This document shows positions 26,768 to 36,124 of a DNA stretch of 64,000 bases, one piece after another. This DNA comes from Octopus sinensis. Its lineage: Eukaryota. A model generated the notes under the pieces. It worked only from the letters and a program-made list of their open reading frames with translations, was not told where the DNA came from and ran no database searches. Position 1 is the first letter of the stretch. Each line of letters begins with the position of its first letter. The translations under genes were made by a program, and so were the position numbers. Where the stretch lies: the NCBI RefSeq assembly GCF_006345805.1, contig NC_042997.1:112468001-112532000 (forward strand), given 5' to 3'.

Positions 26768-27180
26768 ACTAGCAGCTAAGCCCGGTTTCACACGGTCTGT
26801 TTGGATGATGTCACTGTGATTGTTTTCAGTTAGGCATAGTCTTTAACAGCATTTCTCAACCTTATCATTTTGGGTCCCCTGTTTCGATTGGAGCCTCCAG
26901 CTGTATGAAAATTTCCTGACCCTACCCTGTCAGAAAACATCTTCTAAGCAACTGGTTGTTTTAATGGTGGAAGAAAGAGAGAAATTCCATTAGAAAAAAG
27001 TTTTAATTGATTTTTTCGGTAAGTATGGATGTTAGGAAAAAAATACAAATGGCATTCCACTCTATGCACCCGTTTCCATATGTGTGCCATTTTTCATGCG
27101 AATCCACCCAGCCGTTTGGCTGTGAACCTCAAGACAAGAAAGAATACAACGATTGCCCATGTCCAATTTATATTATAGAT
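26768..27180 (+). mobile_element. Helentron/DINE-1-like non-autonomous element
   Basis: 5' ACTAGCAGCTAAGCCCGG..CACGG, internal TTTCATGCGAATCCACCCAGCCGTTT, 3' TTTATATTATAGAT. Confidence 0.6.
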
Positions 27181-27273
27181 TAGGAACTGTATAAAAAAAT
27201 TGCTAAAATACTTTGTGCATTGTGAAAGTAAAACCAATTTATTTCAGATAATTTTTAACAAAATCTTGATATA

Positions 27274-27476
27274 TAATTCTAAGCATTTGCTAAGAACTGG
27301 AATCATTTTCAACTGTGTAGGGCAGAATCTCATCAGGGCTTTATGAGCTTATAGAATTTGCCTGTATCCTTTCAAGAAATATGTTAACCTTTGTTCTCTA
27401 AGTTCATAAAGCCCTGATGAGATTCTGCCCCATACAGTTGAAAATAATACCAATTCTTAGCAAATGCTCAGAATTA
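27274..27476. repeat. Fold-back element / MITE: ~78-bp imperfect inverted arms, 47-bp spacer, TA at both ends
   Basis: 27274-27351 is the reverse complement of 27399-27476 with several mismatches. Confidence 0.8.
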
Positions 27477-27746
27477 CGTATCCACTTGGGGCATGAATTG
27501 GAACACATATGTAGGCTTTTGGCATCTGCCATTTCTTTTAGAGCTTTAAAATTTATAATCTATTTGTATTGTTTTTATAAAAAATTTCATCATCTTTATA
27601 TCAATACAAATAATCATTTATACAACCATTATTCTCCACTTTATTTCTTTCAATATATATATATATGTATATATGTACTCAAGTGTAGTTGTGTTTTTAG
27701 CTTGTGCTTTTTCCATGATCATACGTGAGTATTTTATTTATATCCC

Positions 27747-27823
27747 ATCGAAAGTTCTACTGAAGAAGGAATATATCTTTTTATAAGATTAAGTCCGAAA
27801 TTGATTCAATATAGAGATAACGA
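27747..27823 (+). ncRNA. Type I hammerhead ribozyme, copy 1 (core intact; predicted cleavage after AUA at 27811)
   Basis: UUCUA-CUGAAGA-A-GGA(AUAU)AUCUU-UUUAU-AAGAU(UAAG)UCC-GAA-AUUG-AUU-CAAU-A-UAGAG; stem I extended by UCG/CGA beyond an internal loop. Confidence 0.85.
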
Positions 27824-28233
27824 AATTTAAATTCTAAAGTTAGTTGCCCGTTTTCAGTTTCAATTTTCCTGTAACAAGCGGATTATAAGTGGATAAAACA
27901 GTGTATTTGGCTTTAGAATAACCCTCTTTAGCCCTTAATTATATGATGTATATTGCAACCGTAACGGTTTTTTTAATATACTGCCCACGCTCCTGATGAA
28001 TTCCTTTGCTGTAGAGTAAGGGACTTCATCCTATATTGCTTAGTAGTAAACTCGATGCTTGCTACAGGAGGACTGGTAACCATTACAATTTGTAGCGGCG
28101 AAAGGTCTGGACGTTGTTTTCTGAGGCTGACCAAAGAATTTTTATTTTTAGATATAAGTGATGTACTCAAGTGTAGTTGTGTTTTTAGCTTGTGCTTTTT
28201 CCATGATCATACGTGAGTATTTTATTTATATCC

Positions 28234-28310
28234 ATCGAAAGTTCTACTGAAGAAGGAATATATCTTTTTATAAGATTAAGTCCGAAATTGATTCAATATA
28301 GAGATAACGA
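28234..28310 (+). ncRNA. Type I hammerhead ribozyme, copy 2 (intact; cleavage after 28298)
   Basis: Motif identical to copy 1; core C at 28247. Confidence 0.85.
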
Positions 28311-28726
28311 AATTTAAATTTTCTAAAGGTTAGTTGCCCGTTTTCAGTTTCAATTTTCCTGTAACAAGCGGATTATAAGTGGATAAAACAGTGTATTTGG
28401 CTTTAGAATAACCCTCTTTAGCCCTTAATTATATGATGTATATTGCAACTGTAACGGTTTTTTTAAATATACTGCCCACGCTTCCTGATGAATTCTTTGC
28501 TGTAGAGTAAGGGACTTCATCCTATATTGCTTAGTAGTAAACTCGATGCTTGCTACAGGAGGACTGGTAACCATTACAATTTGTAGCGGCGAAAGGTCTG
28601 GACGTTGTTTTCTGAGGCTGACCAAAGAATTTTTATTTTTAGATATAAGTGATGTACTCAAGTGTAGTTGTGTTTTTAGCTTGTGCTTTTTCCATGATCA
28701 TACGTGAGTATTTTATTTATATCCCA

Positions 28727-28800
28727 TCGAAAGTTCTAGATGAAGAAGGAATATATCTTTTTATAAGATTAAGTCCGAATTGATTCATATAGAGATAACG
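28727..28800 (+). ncRNA. Hammerhead copy 3 (degenerate as assembled)
   Basis: CTACTGAAGA reads CTAGATGAAGA, GAAA reads GAA, CAAT reads CAT; may be consensus errors. Confidence 0.5.
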
Positions 28801-29218
28801 AAATTTAAATTTTCTAAAGGTTAGTTGCCCGTTTTCAGTTTCAATTTTCCTGTAACAAGCGGATTATAAGTGGATAAAACAGTGTATTTGGCTTTAGAAT
28901 AACCCTCTTTAGCCCTTAATTATATGATGTATATTGCAACCGTAACGGTTTTTTTTAATATTACTGCCCACGCTTCATGATGAATTCCTTTGCTGTAGAG
29001 TAAGGGACTTCATCCTATATTGCTTAGTAGTAAACTCGATGCTTGCTACAGGAGGACTGGTAACCATACAATTTGTCGCGCGAAAGGTCTGGACGTTGTT
29101 TTCTGAGGCTGACCAAAGAATTTTTATTTTTAGATATAAGTGATGTACTCAAGTGTAGTTGTGTTTTTAGCTTGTGCTTTTTCCATGATCATACGTGAGT
29201 ATTTTATTTATATCTCCC

Positions 29219-29294
29219 ATCGAAAGTTCTACTGAAGAAGGAATATATCTTTTATAAGATTAAGTCCGAAATTGATTCAATATAGAGATAACGA
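29219..29294 (+). ncRNA. Type I hammerhead ribozyme, copy 4 (core intact; cleavage after 29282)
   Basis: Core C at 29232; loop II one U shorter. Confidence 0.82.
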
Positions 29295-29706
29295 AATTTA
29301 AATTTTCTAAAGGTTAGTTGCCCGTTTTCAGTTTCAATTTTCCTGTAACAAGCGGATTATAAGTGGATTTAAAACAGTGTATTGGCTTTAGAATACCCCT
29401 TTAGCCCTTAATTATATGATGTATATTGCAACCGTAACGGTTTTTTTAAATATACTGCCCACGCTTCCTGATGAATTCCTTTGCTGTAGAGTAAGGGACT
29501 TCATCCTATATTGCTTAGTAGTAAACTCGATGCTTGCTACAGGAGGACTGGTAACCATTACAATTTGTAGCGGCGAAAGTCTGGACGTTGTTTTCTGAGG
29601 CTGACCAAAGAATTTTTATTTTTAGATATAAGTGATGTACTCAAGTGTAGTGTGTTTTAGCTTGTGCTTTTTCCATGATCATACGTGAGTATTTTATTTA
29701 TATCCC

Positions 29707-29783
29707 ATCGAAAGTTCTACTGAAGAAGGAATATATCTTTTTATAAGATTAAGTCCGAAATTGATTCAATATAGAGATAACGA
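29707..29783 (+). ncRNA. Type I hammerhead ribozyme, copy 5 (intact; cleavage after 29771)
   Basis: Motif identical to copy 1; core C at 29720. Confidence 0.85.
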
Positions 29784-30197
29784 AATTTAAATTTTCTAAA
29801 GGTTAGTTGCCCGTTTTCAGTTTCAATTTTCCTGTAACAAGCGGATTATAAGTGGATAAAACAGTGTATTTGGCTTTAGAATAACCCTCTTTAGCCCTTA
29901 ATTATATGATGTATATTGCAACCGTAACGGTTTTTTTAAATATACTGCCCACGCTTCCTGATGAATTCCTTTGCTGTAGAGTAAGGGACTTCATCCTATA
30001 TTGCTTAGTAGTAAACTCGATGCTTGCTACAGGAGGACTGGTAACCATTACAATTTGTAGCGGCGAAAGGTCTGGACGTTGTTTTTGAGGCTGACCAAAG
30101 AATTTTTATTTTTAGATATAGTGATGTACTCAAGTGTAGTTGTGTTTTTAGCTTGTGCTTTTTCCATGATCATACGTGAGTATTTTATTTATATCCC

Positions 30198-30273
30198 ATC
30201 GAAAGTTACTGAAGAAGGAATATATATTTTTTATAAGATTAAGTCCGAAAGATTCAATATATAGAGATAACGA
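30198..30273 (+). ncRNA. Hammerhead copy 6 (degenerate as assembled)
   Basis: CTGAAGA at 30209 and GAAA present, but small deletions in stems I and III. Confidence 0.5.
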
Positions 30274-30687
30274 AATTTAATTTCTAAAGGTTAGTTGCCC
30301 GTTTTCAGTTTCAATTTTCCTGTAACAAGCGGATTATAAGTGGATAAAACAGTGTATTTGGCTTTAGAATAACCCTCTTTAGCCCTTAATTATATGATGT
30401 ATATTGCAACCGTAACGGTTTTTTTTTTAAATATACTGCCCACGTTCCTGATGAATTCCTTTGCTGTAGAGTAAGGGACTTCATCCTATATGCTTAGTAG
30501 TAACTCGATGCTTGCTACAGGAGGACTGGTAACCATTACAATTTGTAGCGGCGAAAGGTCTGGACGTTGTTTTCTGAGGCTGACCAAAGAATTTTTATTT
30601 TTAGATATAAGTGATGTACTCAAGTGTAGTTGTGTTTTTAGCTTGTGCTTTTTCCATGATCATACGTGAGTATTTTATTTATATCCC

Positions 30688-30762
30688 ATCGAAAGTTTAC
30701 TGAAGAAGGAATATATTTTTTATAAGATTAAGTCCGAAATTGATTCAATATAGAGATAACGA
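30688..30762 (+). ncRNA. Type I hammerhead ribozyme, copy 7 (core intact; cleavage after 30750)
   Basis: Core C at 30700; single C deletions in stems I and II. Confidence 0.7.
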
Positions 30763-31177
30763 AATTTAAATTTTCTAAAGGTTAGTTGCCCGTTTTCAGT
30801 TTCAATTTTCCTGTAACAAGCGGATATAAGTGGATAAAACAGTGTATTTGGCTTTAGAATAACCCTCTTTAGCCCTTAATTATATGATGTATATTGCAAC
30901 TGTAACGGTTTTTTTAAATATACTGCCCACGCTTCCTGATGAATTCCTTTGCTGTAGAGTAAGGGACTTCATCCTATATTGCTTAGTAGTAAACTCGATG
31001 CTTGCTACAGGAGGACTGGTAACCATTACAATTTGTAGCGGCGAAAGGTCTGGACGTTGTTTTCTGAGGCTGACCAAAGAATTTTTATTTTTAGATATAA
31101 GTGATGTACTCAAGTGTAGTTGTGTTTTTAGCTTGTGCTTTTTCCATGATCATACGTGAGTATTTTATTTATATCCC

Positions 31178-31253
31178 ATCGAAAGTTCTACTGAAGAAGG
31201 ATATATCTTTTTATAAGATTAAGTCCGAAATTGATTCAATATAGAGATAACGA
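31178..31253 (+). ncRNA. Type I hammerhead ribozyme, copy 8 (core intact; cleavage after 31241)
   Basis: Core C at 31191; one A missing in the stem II internal loop. Confidence 0.82.
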
Positions 31254-31374
31254 AATTTAAATTTTCTAAAGGTTAGTTGCCCGTTTTCAGTTTCAATTTT
31301 CTGTAACAAGCGGATTATAAGTGGATAAAACAGTGTATTTGGCTTTAGAATAACCCTCTTTAGCCTTAATTATA

Positions 31375-31421
<47 letters not shown>

Positions 31422-31726
31422 TTTAGCAAATTTAGATTCAGATGAATATGGTACTTAAGTTAAAGGCACCAGAATTTGGTATGGTATTATCCATATAAAT
31501 CAAATGGGGTCATTAACCTCTCTGTCTATATATCTACCCTTGTTGTAATGTTGGCAAATGAAATAAGTATAAAAATGTACATTGTACATTTAAATAAAAA
31601 ATTCTATATGTGGCTGAAGATTGCTCGACATTTTAAAACTGATGTAATACTTACAGTGTATAATAAAATGAAGTAGCATGAAACGGTTGTACTACACTAC
31701 CTTGGATATCCTTGTTCCTTATTTTG

Positions 31727-31767
<41 letters not shown>

Positions 31768-31926
31768 TGAGAGAGAGAGAGAGAGAGAGAGATGGTGAAA
31801 GAGAGAGTGAGAGTGGAACCTGTGTATCATGCTAAATGTATACCACTGAAAGGCTTGATAGCAGTAAAATATTAGTTTAGCAAGAGATGAAAACAAATGC
31901 AAATAATGCCATGAAAGTAAACTCAC

Positions 31927-32046
31927 CCGTCGGCATATCTTCCAACCAGAAGCGGACCAAATTCAAAAGTCTCTGATGACATGACATATCTTTTATGAAC
32001 GATCTCATCAGGTTCTCTCTTCTTCCGGTGTCGTTTGAAAACAATC
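31927..32046 (-). CDS. HYDIN: HYDIN exon (IVFKRHRKKREPDEIVHKRYVMSSETFEFGPLLVGRYAD-G); not in ORF track
   Basis: KKYVMS.ET..FGPLL.G motif; TTTCAG acceptor, GTGAGT donor; 120 nt, phase 2-2. Confidence 0.93.
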
Positions 32047-32552
32047 CTGAAACGTAATGAATACAGGCCAAGATTAATTTATTGTGTTCAAATGCAATGC
32101 ACTTACATAATGGCTGAGCTACAAGCATGGCAGTGTGGTAGGAAATTTGCTTCCTGACCACAAGGATTCATGTTCAGTCCTACTGTACAGTACCTTGGAC
32201 CAGTGTCCTCTACTTTAGCCCCAGGCCAACCAAAGCTCTGTGAGTGGATTTGATAAATGGAAACTGAAAAAAAGCCATCATATGTGTACATAAGCGTGTG
32301 CATATGAATGTATATATGATGGACTTCTTTCAGTTTCTGTCTACCAAATCCACTCACAAGGCTTCGGTTGGCCCAAGGTTATAGTAGAAAACACTTGCTC
32401 CAGGTGTCATACAGTGGAACTGAACCCAGAACCATTTGGTTGGGAAGCAAGCTTCTTACCACACAGTCACGCCTGCGAATGTGAAGAAATAAATTATCAA
32501 TGTTATTTCTAATAATAGGAAAGGAAAAATAAGTGAAAAAATGATTTCTCAC

Positions 32553-32735
32553 TTTGGATCTTGACAAATACTTGGGAAAATACAGAGGCCATGATTAAAT
32601 ATTTGGAAGCGCTTCTTGGTGCCAAGGATTTCAAAAGTCAATGTCTGGTCAAATTCTCCCAGTTCTTCAGATGAGAAACGAATCCTAAGAGTGGTGTAAC
32701 CATTTGCAGGAACAATCCATCTGAAGTAGTTCAGT
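32553..32735 (-). CDS. HYDIN: HYDIN exon (LNYFRWIVPANGYTTLRIRFSSEELGEFDQTLTFEILGTKKRFQIFNHGLCIFPSICQDP-K)
   Basis: Highly similar to HYDIN RLNHFRWIVPANG..FDQT..FEILGT..ICQDPK; TTCAG acceptor, GTGAGA donor; 183 nt. Confidence 0.95.
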
Positions 32736-32875
32736 CTGAAGCAAAAATTCAAATTCAACATTAAATTTTACATAAAACAAAATCACCAATATTTGTATTT
32801 AGCAGGGATATATTTAAAAAAAATTTTTAATTTAAATACCAATTGTTTATGAATATTTACACCTACATATATTAA

Positions 32876-32915
<40 letters not shown>

Positions 32916-34404
32916 AATCAAGTAGACCTATATTTGTGTAGAGAATGGAGGAGGTAAATATATACTACATGTTTTTCCAAGGAAAGCCAACCAGGAGTTA
33001 TGTAATTGTAAGTTACTACATATATGCTTAGCTCCCTTTTCTTCAGGTATTTTTTACCATTTGTTTACAAAGTTGTTGAAAAGTAGTAGGTTTGATGAAC
33101 CAGGAAGAAATGACTACATCAGCAACAACAGAAAGATGGGCAGAAGCAAGGTTTAATTAAGCAACCAATGAAATTCATTATCAGCAGGCAAGCTGTTAAT
33201 GAATTTGAGATGAAAGGGGTGTGGTCTCAGGAGGTCAGTTTCTTCAAAGAAAGAATGTGATCTTTTAAGAAACTGAAAATAAATTACTGTTGTATAATCC
33301 GTAATTAATTCAAAATATATTAATTGTACAAAATGTAATTAATCCAACATAAAGTAGTGTCATATAATGTCTAACTAATTGAAAATACATTATTATACAA
33401 CATAAAACCATTGTGTGATTTATATATGGAGCAAAGATAAAACCATGAAGGGAAGAATTTTATAGCAAGATTTAAGGGTGCCGGTGCAATTTATACACAG
33501 ATATGTCTTATGGATGAGTAAATACAGTAATTAAATCAAAAAGCAATTAGTTTTGTAACATGCAAATGAATTCAAATTAAAATATTGTCACACAATATAT
33601 AACAACAAATCTGCAAAGAAATAGAACAGACAACTGAATTTACCTCCCCCACCTCATCAAACACTTTTCCATTGACCCATAAAGATTGAAAGGCAAAGCT
33701 AAGACTAATGGGATTTGAACTCAAAATAAGAAGTAAATTCTGCAATGCTTTATGATTACTTAGTCACCAACCTCCCAAACCCAATCACATTACAAAATAT
33801 TGTTAATTCTGAAGGTTTTAAAATGTGTTTTGTACCTTCTTTAGTGAGAGATGGAAGGGCAGAGTCTATGCTGACTCTTCAAGGCCTCTTTGATGGGAAG
33901 AAGGAAAAGATGTCACCATCAGACATGAATGCTTACAACAGGGTGGATGGACTCTGTTAAAGATACCCAGGCACCAGGTTGTGCTGATAAATTAAATCTA
34001 TTCACTACATCAGGAACAATGTCCCCCTTTTCTTTTTAGTGATTTTGTCCCCAGTGCAGTATGAAGAAGTAAAAGAAGGGGGGGGGTCTATAAATTCAAA
34101 AGATGTCAATTGACAGAAAGCTTAAAGGACTAAATAATCTCTCCTTTGAACCAATCACAGAAATATTCAATCCACATGTTTTTATAATTGTTTTTTGGGG
34201 TTTTTTTTTTTACAACTTACTTCTTGGATTCCAAATATGGAGTTCCAGGACTGAAAAATAAAGAAAATTTACCATTGTTACTAATATATAACTCAAAACC
34301 AATAATAAACAAATGATATAACATAAATATATAACACAGAAGCACTTTTACAAAACAACAACGACGTAATATTTACTGGAATTAATGTTTTACCATTTAC
34401 TTGT

Positions 34405-34740
34405 TTTGGTCATGAAAGAAAGAGAAAAGATCAATAAATATGGAGACCTGAGGATTGGAATCACCAAGATGTGGCAACTACGCGAGTCAAATATAAAGGT
34501 TGTCTCTATTGTCATTGGATCACTGGATTCAATACCACCCAAACTGAAGAAACATCTGGAAACTTGAGAAATAGTCTACAATCTAGGCGTATTGCAAAAA
34601 TTGGCATTACTTGGAACTGCACACATATTGCGTAAAGTACAGTCTGTCTGAGGTCCTTGTGACTTGACAGACAGTACAAACCCCTGGTAGACAAAATATC
34701 TTCAATCAACAACATCATGATATTGGATACTGTGTAACAG
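34405..34740 (+). mobile_element. Degenerate R4/Dong-type 3' fragment
   Basis: KYGDLRIGITKMWQL..VSIVIGSL. Confidence 0.65.
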
Positions 34741-36025
34741 TAATAAGAAGAGCACTCAGAGAGCACAAACTTCCACCAAGGCAACACCAACATCCTCTCA
34801 ATGATTAGCCAGAGATGATTTTTAAAATGAGAATATCTGAAATAAACACAACTGCTCTCACAAATAAGAATACTAAAAATGAACCGACCACTCTCAAAAA
34901 TTACATTAAAAAACAGGAAAAATAATCCAGAATCCTTGTACGATACCTGATCGATCCCAGTGGTAGCCATGGAATGTGAAGGTGGCTTTAGAAAATTTAG
35001 TAACAGTAATAAACAGTTAATCCTTATCTAATACAAGCCAAAGTTAACAAATTCACCATTCAAAATAGTTTCAAAGGTGGAGGTAATAATAAGTTCTACT
35101 CAGGAATTTTTAAATGAACAGCACAAGACCTTTTGGCTTTCTCTTCTCTTAAATTCCGGACTTCCTTTAGTATTCCTGTTGTTTTAGATCGATGTATAGA
35201 TGTATGTATATATGTAAGCATACTGTAAAGTGTTAATATGTATGTGTAGCAATATCCATTTTAGCCATTTTGAAATGTGGCGCGAATTGGCAATATGACG
35301 TAATGTCTTTGCCGAAGAATTATCATTTTCGTTTTTTTCCCATTGGTTAATATAACTGCTCATATAAAGATTCTAGAAGTTTCGAAAAGAATGTTTGTCT
35401 GAATTTCGATTCTTTTTGGTCAGGTTGAGCAGTTATAAAAACCCTGGATTTGGGGAGAGACTTTAGTGTTCGTTGGTGTCACATAACTCCACGTCACTCT
35501 TTTGGAGGCATCGGTAAATTTTATGCCATGTCTATGTTAATCACAAATCTATTTTGATTTGTTGGTTAACGTATTAGATAGAACGAAGAAATTAGCTAAG
35601 GAATTTATAGTCGTTTTCCTTCACAACAAAGTTATCTTTCTGACTGTAAATAACATAAAATGTTATATTTGTATAATAAAAAATAATTAAAAAGAGTGTT
35701 TCTCTTCACGTTTGTTTTTCAACTGAGCATAGATAAATATGCATTTCTGTAATCTTTGATTTATGTTTCTTATAGCGGTTTAAAGGACACAATTAAAATA
35801 TTCAACATACATGGTCATTGATGTAGCGTTCCATGCGTATATGTCTATATGACGTTATAACTGCAGTTAGGGTTTTAGATATGATGATAACACTTGAGTA
35901 TAAGTGACGTTTAATCATTATATTCTCCCTTACTCAGAGAAAAGCCTAAATAAATAATATAACCTAAGAGAAAGCTTAAAGTAGAATAAACCGAAAACCG
36001 CCATAGGAAAATATGTATAATATAT

Positions 36026-36056
<31 letters not shown>

Positions 36057-36124
36057 CTAGTTTCAGCTTATGAGCTGTGGCCATGCTGGGGCACCGCCAT
36101 TTGGTGTTGCTACTTGGTTTCACT

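Larger units (their letters stand above)
27672..31376 (+). repeat. Tandem array of a ~490-bp unit (~7.6 copies), each carrying a type I hammerhead ribozyme; retrozyme-like satellite
   Basis: ATGTACTCAAGTGTAG recurs about every 490 bp; copies differ mostly by 1-2 nt indels; both ends abut (TA)n. Confidence 0.9.

Noticed and set aside
27990-28030. Second CTGATGA in each array unit as another hammerhead
   Set aside because: A short stem follows (TTCCTT/AAGGGA) but no GAAA after it and no stems I/III.
30884-31159. Hydrophobic GPCR/TM-like ORF (MMYIATVTVFLNILPTLPDEFLCC..) and the antisense ORF (MSTSLISK..) in the 490-bp unit
   Set aside because: Short, frames broken differently among copies, no splice structure or recognisable motif; the hammerhead explains the unit better.
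27672-31376. Array as CRISPR, NUMT, 5S/snRNA cluster or snoRNA cluster
   Set aside because: No variable spacers; no mitochondrial rRNA or protein signatures; only a 10-nt CAAGTGTAGT match to U2 and scattered C/D-like words without terminal stems.
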